A stretch of DNA of 62,896 nucleotides, counting the filler. It is 8 parts of 8 records of this genome, joined end to end, with 100 filler letters (N's around TTAATTAATTAA, not from the genome) between each part and the next. Parts side by side here need not be neighbours in the genome. Positions count along the whole stretch, not along the records: positions 29,731 to 44,604 come from SRR31156797_52500; positions 44,705 to 50,335 come from SRR31156797_52507; positions 50,436 to 55,917 come from SRR31156797_52589; 5 more parts are not named here. One strand, 5' to 3'. Below the pieces are notes generated by a model. That model saw nothing but the letters and a program-made list of their open reading frames with translations, did not search any database and was not told the origin of the DNA. Shown here in pieces: positions 41,439 to 50,680 of the stretch (positions are counted from its first letter, which is position 1; every line of letters starts with the position of its first letter). The position numbers were made by a program, and so were the translations under genes.

Positions 41439-42368
41439 ATGCCCGGGATTGAGTCCCGAATCCTCGTGATCAAGCTGGGGGCGCTCGGCGATTTCGTGCA
41501 GGCCCTGGGTCCCTTCGCGGCGATTCGCCGGCATCACGCCGGCGCCCATATCACGCTGTTGACGACCGGCGTTTACGCCGAATTTGCCCGGCAAAGCGGT
41601 TATTTCGACGATGTCCATGTCGATTCGCGTCCGCGCGTGCTGGAACTTGGGAAATGGATGGATCTTCGCCGGTTCCTGAAAGGCGGCGCCTTCGGGCGGG
41701 TTTACGATTTGCAGACGTCGGACCGCAGTTCCTTCTATTTCCGGCTGTTCCGGCCCGGCCCCAAACCCGAATGGTCGGGAATCGCGCGCGGCTGTTCGCA
41801 CCCGCACGGCAATCCCGGGCGCGATGCCATGCATACGATCGAACGCCAGGCCGAACAGCTTCGCATGGCCGGAATAACCGACATATCGCCGCCCGATCTT
41901 TCCTGGGTGATGGCCGATACCGACCGGTTCGGGTTGCCGGAACAGTTCGCGCTGCTGGCGCCAGGCGGCGCTGCCCACCGTCCGGCCAAGCGCTGGCCGG
42001 CGGAAAGCTTCGCCGCCTTGGCCCGAATACTGTCCGATCGCGGGATTCGACCCGTATTGCTGGGAGGCGAACCGGAACGGGATGTCGCGCAAGCGATATG
42101 CGGGCTTTGCCCCGATGCCGTTTCGCTGGCCGGGCAGACGGAATTCGCCGACCTGGTGGCGCTGTCTCGCCGCGCCGTCGCTGCCGTCGGCAACGATACC
42201 GGACCGATGCACCTGATGGCGGCGGCGGGGTGCCGGTGTGTGGTTCTGTATTCGGCCGAATCCGACCCGGCGCTGTGCGGGCAGTGCGGAAAGGATGTGC
42301 GAATCCTGCGCCGGGAGGACGTTTCCGCCGTCACGCCCGATGACGTGATGGGCGAACTCGGGCTTTGA
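41439..42368 (+). CDS. glycosyltransferase family 9 (heptosyltransferase-like)
   Basis: KLGALGD, AKRWP, GNDTGPMHL motifs. Confidence 0.9.
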   Translation: MPGIESRILVIKLGALGDFVQALGPFAAIRRHHAGAHITLLTTGVYAEFARQSGYFDDVHVDSRPRVLELGKWMDLRRFLKGGAFGRVYDLQTSDRSSFYFRLFRPGPKPEWSGIARGCSHPHGNPGRDAMHTIERQAEQLRMAGITDISPPDLSWVMADTDRFGLPEQFALLAPGGAAHRPAKRWPAESFAALARILSDRGIRPVLLGGEPERDVAQAICGLCPDAVSLAGQTEFADLVALSRRAVAAVGNDTGPMHLMAAAGCRCVVLYSAESDPALCGQCGKDVRILRREDVSAVTPDDVMGELGL

Positions 42369-42490
42369 TCCGCAGGATACCGGCATCGACGAAACTTGAC
42401 ATTTCCGGTGGAATGTCCGAGATATCTTGGACGAAACTGGGTTCTGCCCGGAGTATTGTGTTGCGGATTTTGAGAGAGATTTAGGCGTCG

Positions 42491-42550
42491 ATGATCGTCA
42501 GGTTGGCCACTGTGACTACGACCACCACCACGACCCCCGGGGGGCCGTGA
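42491..42550 (+). CDS. Thr-rich attenuator leader peptide MIVRLATVTTTTTTTPGGP
   Basis: 19-codon ORF with 8 Thr codons (7 consecutive), upstream of thrS; not in ORF track. Confidence 0.82.
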   Translation: MIVRLATVTTTTTTTPGGP

Positions 42551-42582
42551 CGATCGCGGTTGCGCTTAATCGCAGTTGTCCG

Positions 42583-42613
42583 AACCCTCCGACCCCGGTC
42601 AGGAGGGTTTTTT
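42583..42613 (+). terminator. attenuator terminator in thrS leader
   Basis: AACCCTCC-GACCCCGGTCA-GGAGGGTT followed by T-run. Confidence 0.85.
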
Positions 42614-42727
42614 GTTAGTCAATGGATGAAATAAAAAGGCGCCTCATTCAGGAATCCGAACGGTCCGGTCGCGGGCCAGGATATCGAGCCCCGGAAATCG
42701 GGCTATCGAGGCGAAACGGTTAAATCG

Positions 42728-44604
42728 ATGGAAAACGCAGTGAAAGAAGAAGTGCCGGTCCGAATCACACTTCCCGACGGCAGCGAACTGAAATTCGATC
42801 ATGCGGTTTCGGGTGCTGAAATCGCCGCCGGCATCGGCCCCGGCCTGGCCAAGGCGGCCCTGGCCGCAAGGGTCAACGGCCAGTTGTGGGACTTGTCCCG
42901 GGAAATCGAACAGGACGCCGAAGTGTCGTTGGTGACGGCCAAGGACGACGAGGCGCTGGAGCTTTTGCGCCACGACGCCGCCCATGTCATGGCGCAGGCC
43001 GTGCAGGAGCTGTTTCCCGGCACCCAGGTGACCATCGGCCCGGCCATCGAAAACGGCTTTTATTACGATTTCGCCCGCGAAACCCCGTTCACGCCCGACG
43101 ATCTGGAAAAGATCGAGGCCCGCATGGCCGAGATCGTCGATCGCGACCTGCCGCTGGAACGCGAGGTCTGGGACCGCGACGAGGCGATCAAAATGTTCGA
43201 GGGCCTGGGCGAACAGTACAAGGCCGAGATCATCCAGGACCTGCCGGCCGAAGAGGTCGTCACGGTTTATCGGCAAGGTGATTGGTTCGATCTGTGCCGC
43301 GGCCCGCACTTGCCGAGCACCGGCCGCGTTGGCAAGGCCTTCAAGCTGATGAAGCTGGCCGGCGCCTATTGGCGCGGGGATTCCCGCAACGAGATGCTGC
43401 AGCGCATCTACGGCACCGCCTGGAAGGACGCCAAGCAGCTTCGTTCCTATCTGACCATGATCGAGGAGGCGGAAAAACGCGACCACCGCCGTCTGGGCCG
43501 CGAGATGGACCTGTTCCATCTGCAGGAGGAAGCCCAGGGATCAGCATTCTGGCATCCCAATGGCTGGACCCTTTATCGCACCTTGCAGGATTACGTCCGC
43601 CGGCGCCTCGAGGAAGCCGACTATGTCGAGGTCAACACGCCGCAACTGGTCGACCGCAGCCTGTGGGAGAAGTCCGGCCACTGGGAAAAGTTCGGCGAGC
43701 ACATGTTCGTCTCCGAGGCCGAGGACAAGACATTGGCCATCAAGCCGATGAATTGTCCCTGCCACGTGCAGATCTTCAACCAGGGCATCAAGAGCTACCG
43801 CGACCTGCCGTTGCGCATGGCCGAGTTCGGATCGTGTCACCGCAACGAGCCGTCCGGCGCCCTGCACGGCCTGATGCGGGTCCGTGCCTTCGTTCAGGAC
43901 GACGCCCATATTTTCTGCACCGAGGATCAGATCACCAGCGAGACCGAGAGCTTCTGCGATTTGTTGCTGTCGATTTACAAGGACCTGGGATTCGAGGACG
44001 TGCGGGTGAAGTTCTCGGACCGGCCGCCGGTGCGCGCCGGGTCCGACGAGACCTGGGACAAGGCCGAAACGGCGCTCAGGGAAGCGACCGAAGCGGCCGG
44101 CCTGGAATGGACGCTCAATCCCGGCGAGGGCGCCTTCTACGGGCCGAAGCTTGAGTTCGTGCTGCGCGATGCCATCGGGCGGGACTGGCAGTGCGGCACC
44201 CTGCAGGTCGATTTCGTACTACCCGAGCGCCTGGGCGCGGAATATGTCGGTGTCGACGGCGAAAAACACCGGCCCGTCATGCTGCATCGGGCGATTCTGG
44301 GTTCGTTCGAACGCTTCATCGGCATCCTGATCGAGAACTACGCCGGTAAGTTCCCGATGTGGCTGGCGCCGGTGAAAGCCGTCGTCGCGGCGATCACCAA
44401 CGATGTCGACGACTATGCCCGCGAGGTCGCTGCGGCCTTCAAGGCGGCGGGGATTCGCTGCGAACTGGATTTGCGCAACGAAAAAATCAACTACAAGATC
44501 CGCGAACACAGCGTCGCCAAGATACCGGTGATTGCCGTTGTCGGTGCCCGTGAAGCCGAGGAAGGTACCGTCGCCCTGCGCCGTCTCGGCGGCAAAGCCC
44601 AAGA
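42728..44604 (+). CDS. thrS: threonine--tRNA ligase (3' truncated)
   Basis: TGS domain, [45 protein letters not shown] motifs. Confidence 0.97.
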
Positions 44605-44704
44605 NNNNNNNNNNNNNNNNNNNNNNNNNNNNNNNNNNNNNNNNNNNNTTAATTAATTAANNNNNNNNNNNNNNNNNNNNNNNNNNNNNNNNNNNNNNNN
44701 NNNN
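44605..44704. other. artificial contig spacer
   Basis: N-run with TTAATTAATTAA. Confidence 0.98.
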
Positions 44705-44910
44705 AAATACCAAGTAGCCGTTTTTGAATAAAATTCAATTGTCCGATTCAAGTTTATTGTGCAAAATGAGAGCCTCGATTAAATCCGGCAAGCGAGTTGT
44801 TCTTTAGGAGGTAAAAGTTTAGGAACGAATCGAGTAAGTCTGTGGCTGGCGTTATGATCAGGTCCGGAATCGGGCCTGGTCATAACGTCGGAATTCTCTT
44901 GCAACTTTAT

Positions 44911-45750
44911 TTACTTGCCCTGTCCGTATCGGGTGGTGAACTCGTGGAATAGTTTTGCCAGTTTCTGGGTCTGTTTGTCGGGTTTGCCGTTGCCGATGGT
45001 GACACAGTCAATTTCTGTTACCGGGACGATCTCCTTGTTGGAGGCGGAGAGGAACGCTTCGTCCATGAGGCGGATCTCATCTTTTTTGATGTCCCGCATT
45101 TCTACATCAAACTCGCTTTCGGCAAGTTCTAGGATCACCTTGCGGGTAATGCCGGGGAGCATGCCCGTGGCCGGGGTGACCAGCTTGTCATCTATGAACG
45201 CGTAAAAATTGGTTGTGGTGCCCTCGAGGAGGTTGCCGTGGCGGTCCACATAGATGGACTCGATGGCGTTCTGCTTTTTGGCGTTTTCCAGGGCCATGAT
45301 GCCGGGGATATAGTTGGTGGTCTTGGCGTCCGGGATGAAGCGCTCCAGGTGGGAGGTGATCACCTTGACGCCTTCGGTATACCATTCCTGGGGCAGGGCG
45401 TGCAGGGGGGTGACCATGACGAGCAGGCTGGGGTGTCCCTGGGGGGTGATGGAGTCCGGGCTGACGCCGCCGGTGATCACGATGCGCACATTGGATTCCT
45501 CGTGGTTGTTTCGTTTGAGGGTTTCCATGGTGATGTCGATGATCTCCTGTTTTGACCAGGGCACGGTCAGGCCGATGAGGGTGGCTGACCGGAGAAGTCT
45601 TTTCACATGGGCGTCCAGGTAAAAGGGTTTTCCGCCATAGGTTCGCATGAAGTCAAATACACCGTAACCTCGCAGCAGTGCCATGTCGTTTACTGTGATT
45701 GTTGATTCTTCCGCTGTTACAAATTTTCCGTCGATATAATAGATATCCAT
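44911..45750 (-). CDS. class IV PLP aminotransferase (D-amino-acid transaminase-like)
   Basis: RGYGVFDFMR, H..RL..SA, AKTTNY, EGTTTN, LPGITR motifs. Confidence 0.85.
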   Translation of the reverse strand: MDIYYIDGKFVTAEESTITVNDMALLRGYGVFDFMRTYGGKPFYLDAHVKRLLRSATLIGLTVPWSKQEIIDITMETLKRNNHEESNVRIVITGGVSPDSITPQGHPSLLVMVTPLHALPQEWYTEGVKVITSHLERFIPDAKTTNYIPGIMALENAKKQNAIESIYVDRHGNLLEGTTTNFYAFIDDKLVTPATGMLPGITRKVILELAESEFDVEMRDIKKDEIRLMDEAFLSASNKEIVPVTEIDCVTIGNGKPDKQTQKLAKLFHEFTTRYGQGK

Positions 45751-45875
45751 GTTTTTATCCCTTCTGATTGTCCAATGGGTTTATATTCAACCGTTGTATT
45801 TGTTTATGATTTCGTTGGGCCCCTTGCGCCTCCGGGTTCTTACCTGTGGTTTCATGCGGTGCGCTGGTGATCGCT

Positions 45876-46613
45876 TTACTCCTTTTCCATGGTGATGGCG
45901 GCCAGTTTTTTGGCCAGCTCCAGGGAAATTACTGAATCGGAATGGATGCAGACGGTATCTGCCTCCATGGGGGCGGATTCGTAGGACACGGTGTTGTCCT
46001 CATTTTCCACTACCAAATCGATCCGGTTGTTTTTGATGATATTCAGGGTTTGCGCCACGGCCTGGTCACAGTCATGGATGCAGGCGTAATCCTTGGTGCG
46101 GCTTACGAGCTGGGGCGAGTCGGCTCCGGGGGGACGGGTGTATCTTCGTTCCGCAAAGGCTTCGGCCACCACCTGGATATTTGCGTCCCTGCAATGTCGG
46201 GCCAGTTCTGATCCGGCCGGTGTGATGATGCGGGTGATTTCGTTTGCCTGGAGCCAGGAGGTCAAGGTTTGGGCCAGGGCCGGGTCCGTGCATGAATCAT
46301 TGTACAGGGCACCATGGAATTTGACCATTTTGTCTTCGGGCATCAGGCTGTACTGGCTATCCAGGGAGAATAAGAGCTGGTCCCGGGAGATCTCCATGGT
46401 GCGCCTGCCGAAATTCTCCCGGTCAGGGTAGGAAAGGTGGGCCGCCAGCTGGATATTGTTTTTTCTTGCCAGGTCCATGAATACGGCCACGCTCTCCGGG
46501 TCTCCGGCATGGCCGCCGCAGGCAATATTGGCGATATGGATATCGTTCATGAGCTCCAGGTCCACAGGATGACGGGGGCCCCGTTCGCCAATGTCACAAT
46601 TGATTTTAATCAT
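45876..46613 (-). CDS. pxpA: 5-oxoprolinase subunit A (LamB/YcsF family)
   Basis: INCDIGE, ANIACGGHAGD, AHLSYPDRENFGR, KFHGALYN, EAFAERRY, TVCIHSD motifs. Confidence 0.88.
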   Translation of the reverse strand: MIKINCDIGERGPRHPVDLELMNDIHIANIACGGHAGDPESVAVFMDLARKNNIQLAAHLSYPDRENFGRRTMEISRDQLLFSLDSQYSLMPEDKMVKFHGALYNDSCTDPALAQTLTSWLQANEITRIITPAGSELARHCRDANIQVVAEAFAERRYTRPPGADSPQLVSRTKDYACIHDCDQAVAQTLNIIKNNRIDLVVENEDNTVSYESAPMEADTVCIHSDSVISLELAKKLAAITMEKE

Positions 46614-47547
46614 CGGTTGGATCTCCTTGATTGGGGGAATACGGTGTTGGGGGGACGTGCAGCCTCCGGGAGGTTCCGGTCTCCGGGGAGGTGTTGGTTT
46701 GGGAGAGTTCGTGCATCATGAAAAAGATGTTGTGCTCCCATTCCTCGTCCAGGCCGTCCACGGAGGGGGTGTTTTTGCCGGTTACGCCGTCCACGGCCCC
46801 GGCTTCGGTGATGGCGTCCAGAAGTTTTGCAAGTTCCGGGGGGCTGGGCAGCAGGTTTTGGCTGGCCATGATGGAAAGCAGGGCCGCCATGCCGTATCCG
46901 CCCCAGTTGCTGACCCCGGCGCAAATGCAAAAGTCCGCGGCGGTCTGGCAGCTGAAGGGCCGGTTGTCGGGCATGTGGGAATCCACATTGGCGGACACCT
47001 TGCCGAGGCCGAGTTCGTTGCCGCCGTCCCCGATGCCGATGGTCATGATGTTCCGGGATCGGGCGTGGACAAAAAGATCATCGAGGGGGGCGATGTGGGG
47101 GGAAAGATCATATCCCCTGAAATTGTAGTAGCAGCCGTCCGCTGCCTGGCCGGGGCGTTCCAGGGCGATGAAGTGGGTGGTGTCCGGGGTGAAGAGCTCA
47201 TCGGCCGATATCTTTTTGTCTCCGTGGATTTCCACGATCCGTACCGGGGAGCCGATGGCATCCATGCCCCGCCGGATGATGGGAGCGTCGCTGCCGTCGA
47301 TCAGGAGAGTCACCTTTTTACCCATGCGCCGCAGGGCATCGGCGAGGATGATGGCCCCGGGGGGGCCGTCGGTCTCGATGACCCCGGCGCTCAGGATGTA
47401 AAACCCGGTGGTGATGATGATGTGATCTCCCTGGGCCAGGGACTGGGTGGCCGGGAGGAGTTCCTTCTGGATCGCCCAGTTGTTGAGGCCTCTGTTGCCC
47501 GGATCCTGCTGGATCGACCGTTCGATATGGGCCGCAATGGTTTTCAT
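46606..47547 (-). CDS. DUF4392 / D-glutamate cyclase C-terminal-domain protein (start uncertain)
   Basis: TTGF..ETDGPPGA, LERPG, IGIGDGGNELG, GVSNWGGY, VDGV motifs. Confidence 0.8.
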   Translation of the reverse strand: MKTIAAHIERSIQQDPGNRGLNNWAIQKELLPATQSLAQGDHIIITTGFYILSAGVIETDGPPGAIILADALRRMGKKVTLLIDGSDAPIIRRGMDAIGSPVRIVEIHGDKKISADELFTPDTTHFIALERPGQAADGCYYNFRGYDLSPHIAPLDDLFVHARSRNIMTIGIGDGGNELGLGKVSANVDSHMPDNRPFSCQTAADFCICAGVSNWGGYGMAALLSIMASQNLLPSPPELAKLLDAITEAGAVDGVTGKNTPSVDGLDEEWEHNIFFMMHELSQTNTSPETGTSRRLHVPPTPYSPNQGDPTDD

Positions 47548-47688
47548 GTTGGTTTCTTCTGCTTTTGCTTGGTTCATAAAAAAGCCGGCATCCTTTATAG
47601 ACATTTCTTTATCGTGGGTGTAACCCGATCCTGACTGCTGACGCACCTGTCCTGTTCCACCGGAAACAGTCGGCGTTAGCTTTGTCCC

Positions 47689-48468
47689 TTACAGTTTGAA
47701 CTCATGATCTTTTTTGTCGCCAATGAACATATGGCCGGGAGCGTGGGTGATCATCAGTGGCGGTCTCGCCACCATGGCGGCCATTTGCGGGGTGACGCCG
47801 CAGGCCCAGAATACCGGGATTTCGCCCTCCTTGACCGTGACGGGATCGCCAAAGTCCGGGGCGGAGAGATCCGTTATTCCGATATCCGCGGGATTGCCAA
47901 TATGAACGGGACTGCCGTGGACATAGGGGTAATCCCGGGTGATCTCAACGGCCTTGATGGCGTCCCTGGCCTTGAAGGGCCGCATGCTTACCACCATGGG
48001 GGTCTCCTGGAATTTTCCCGCGGCGTGGCACATGATGCTGGTTTTATACATGGGCACGTTCACGTTTTCTTCCATGTGCCGGATCTTGAGGCCGGCCTTG
48101 ATAAGGGCGTCCTCAAAGGAAAAACTGCATCCAAGGAGGAAATAGACGAAATCCGTCTGCCACAACCCTGCGATATCGGTCATCTCTTCGGTCATCTCGC
48201 CGTTTCTGTAAATTCGGTATTTGGGGATGTCCGTGCAGATGTCCGCTTTGTCGGCGCAGAACCGGGTGAAGTGATTGCCCGGGTCGCCGGCCTCGATAAT
48301 GGGGCAGGGCTTGGGATTGCGCTGGGCAAAGAGTAAAAAATCAAATGCCCAGTCCCGGGGAAGGATGGCGAGATTCGCCTGAACATATCCCGGGGCCATT
48401 CCGCTTGTGGGACCGGTGATGAGGCCCTGCCTGATCCGGGAACGTACCGCTTTACCTGTTTGAGTCAT
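47689..48468 (-). CDS. DUF1445 / YcsI D-glutamate cyclase-family protein
   Basis: TSGMAPGYVQANL, NPKPCP, GCSFSFE, VVSMRP, FWACGVTPQ, ITHAPGHMF motifs. Confidence 0.88.
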   Translation of the reverse strand: MTQTGKAVRSRIRQGLITGPTSGMAPGYVQANLAILPRDWAFDFLLFAQRNPKPCPIIEAGDPGNHFTRFCADKADICTDIPKYRIYRNGEMTEEMTDIAGLWQTDFVYFLLGCSFSFEDALIKAGLKIRHMEENVNVPMYKTSIMCHAAGKFQETPMVVSMRPFKARDAIKAVEITRDYPYVHGSPVHIGNPADIGITDLSAPDFGDPVTVKEGEIPVFWACGVTPQMAAMVARPPLMITHAPGHMFIGDKKDHEFKL

Positions 48469-49126
48469 GGCTTTGTCCTTTGGTTTGAATTTGGGTTTCA
48501 ATCTCTTTTAAATATCGATAGATGGTGTTCCTGCTGACCCCCAGCTCTTCTGAGATGATGGTCACCACCCCGCGCTTGTTCAAATGGCCCTCGTTATGGA
48601 GGAAAACGATCAGCTCTTTTTTTTGGGTTTTATTCAGGGGCTTGCCCAGCAGACCTTTTTCCATCAGGAACTGCTGGCAGGCGGACTTGATCTCCTCCCG
48701 GGGCGTGAACAGGTAAAACTGCTCTTTTTTCGGGGTGTAGGTGTTTGATTGGGTCGAAATGAACTGTTCGATGAACTTGCCGAATTGATCGAAATAGGAA
48801 ACCTGGAGATTCAGGCTGAAGGAGCCGAGTAGATCGCCCTTTGAATTACGGATGGCCAGGGTGGAGGATTTGAGCTTCTCCCCGGTGGGGCTCTGGTTGG
48901 CATAGCTGACGATCTTGTCGGGCACCTCACCCTTGAGTCTCAGGATGCCGAGGTCGGAGGTGCCGTCCCCCACGGTTCGTCCCGTAATATGGCCGTTGAT
49001 GATGGCGATGATGGAATGCTCCGGCTTTCTCAGGTCATGGACGATCACTTCCAGGATCGGTCCGAACATCTCTCCGAGAATTTCGGCCACATTGATGTAG
49101 TGTTTGAATATGTCTTCGTCTGTCAT
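48452..49126 (-). CDS. YheO/DauR-like PAS-HTH transcriptional regulator
   Basis: EVIVHDL..SIIAI.NGHITGR.VG, KSST, LGVSRNTIYRYL motifs. Confidence 0.85.
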   Translation of the reverse strand: MTDEDIFKHYINVAEILGEMFGPILEVIVHDLRKPEHSIIAIINGHITGRTVGDGTSDLGILRLKGEVPDKIVSYANQSPTGEKLKSSTLAIRNSKGDLLGSFSLNLQVSYFDQFGKFIEQFISTQSNTYTPKKEQFYLFTPREEIKSACQQFLMEKGLLGKPLNKTQKKELIVFLHNEGHLNKRGVVTIISEELGVSRNTIYRYLKEIETQIQTKGQSHDSNR

Positions 49127-49231
49127 GGCAGCTCCCATTTGACCCCATAGGGGGTGGCAAAGTGTGTCAAATGAGATTTTATGTATCATTTTTTTGGTGA
49201 GGTCAATCTTTTTTTGTCAAATTGTTGCAGT

Positions 49232-49248
49232 TGTGACAAAGTGTCACA
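49232..49248. promoter_or_regulatory. candidate operator palindrome
   Basis: TGTGACA-AAG-TGTCACA; related TGGCAAAGTGTGTCA at about 49155-49169. Confidence 0.55.
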
Positions 49249-49341
49249 TCGAGCGGAGCCCTTGCCAGTCCCATGGGGCCGGAAAGAACCGGAGCCGTCA
49301 TTCAGGGACAGCTCCGGCCCGACCGGATGGCTTCGGGGTGA

Positions 49342-50335
49342 TCAGCTTTTCAATTTTGCCTCTTTTGTGAGTTTGACAATCACGGGGGCAAGGGCGATGA
49401 GAGCGATCAGGTTGGGAATGGCCATGAGCCCGTTAAAGGTATCGGACAGGTTCCATACGATGGCGATTTTAAGGGTGGCGCCAACAAAGACAAACAGGAC
49501 CCAGAGCCATTTGTAAATGGTCACCGCTTGTACGCCGGCAATGTATTCAAGACATTTGGATCCGTAATAAAACCATCCCAGAATGGTTGAAAATGCAAAA
49601 AAGATGAGACCAACCGACACGATATATTTGCCCAGCCCCGGCAGGGAGGCCTCAAATGCCTTCGAGGTCAGGGCCGCGCCGTTGAGACCGTCCGTGATGG
49701 TCATCATTCCGTCGGGACCCAGGGTCACAAGCCCGGATACAAGAATGACAAGGGCTGTCATGGTACAAATAACCAGGGTGTCGATAAAGGGGGAGAGAGA
49801 GGCGATCAGTCCCTGGGTATACGGGTTGTTGTTTGAAGAGGCGGCATGGGCGATGGGGGCGCTGCCAAGCCCGGCCTCATTGGAAAAGACACCCCGGGCC
49901 ACTCCCATTCTGATCACGGTGCCTATGAGTCCGCCACCGACCGCCGTGCCTGAAAACGCGTTTGAGAAAATCATCTGAAATGCGCTGGGAATCAATTCCG
50001 CTTTTCCGAAAAGAACCACCAGGGAACCTGCGACAAAGAAGAATGCCATGACAGGAACGATCTTGGAGGTGACCTTTGCGATGGATTTTATACCGCCGAT
50101 GATGACCAGTGCGGTTAAAACGGCGATAATGAACCCCGACACATAGGGGGGGATGTTGAAGCTTGACTCCATGGCCGCGGCGACGGAATTGGACTGAACC
50201 ATATTGCCGATACCAAATGATGCAATCACGCCAAAGAAGGCAAAGGCCGAGCCAAGGGCTTTCCATAATATGTTGGGACCAAATTTGTCCTTCATTCCGT
50301 TTTCTATATAGTACATGGGGCCGCCGGACTGCTCC
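49342..50335 (-). CDS. alanine/glycine:cation symporter family (5' truncated)
   Basis: GGPMYYI, GNMVQSNS, RGVFSNEAGLGSAPIAHA, FIDTLVICTMT, MAIPNLI motifs. Confidence 0.92.
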
Positions 50336-50435
50336 NNNNNNNNNNNNNNNNNNNNNNNNNNNNNNNNNNNNNNNNNNNNTTAATTAATTAANNNNNNNNN
50401 NNNNNNNNNNNNNNNNNNNNNNNNNNNNNNNNNNN
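50336..50435. other. artificial contig spacer
   Basis: N-run with TTAATTAATTAA. Confidence 0.98.
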
Positions 50436-50680
50436 TGCCGAAGATACAAGGCAGCAAGCGCGCAGCCGTATAACATACTGCAAGCGATTGATAACGAAGT
50501 AGATTCGGTAAAAGAGGCGCTCCCGAAGGGTTCAACTTTTTGAATAATGCAGGTTCAATTCCTGACAGTATTTCGGTGTCACACAATAGTTGCCATAGGT
50601 TGAACAATAATCAAATTATCCGCCCGCCCCGGACGTGGGGCGTCAAAACAAGGGCAAACGCTCCTTAATAATCTGGTTTT

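Noticed and set aside
29679-44602. Many long antisense or alternate-frame ORFs (e.g. 40393-41415, 41397-42386, 42644-43519, 43282-44154)
   Set aside because: Shadow ORFs expected in high-GC DNA; they overlap well-supported genes and show no motifs.
50436-50607. Short ORF at contig edge
   Set aside because: No recognisable protein features; more likely a truncated non-coding repeat, which cannot be confirmed from one copy.
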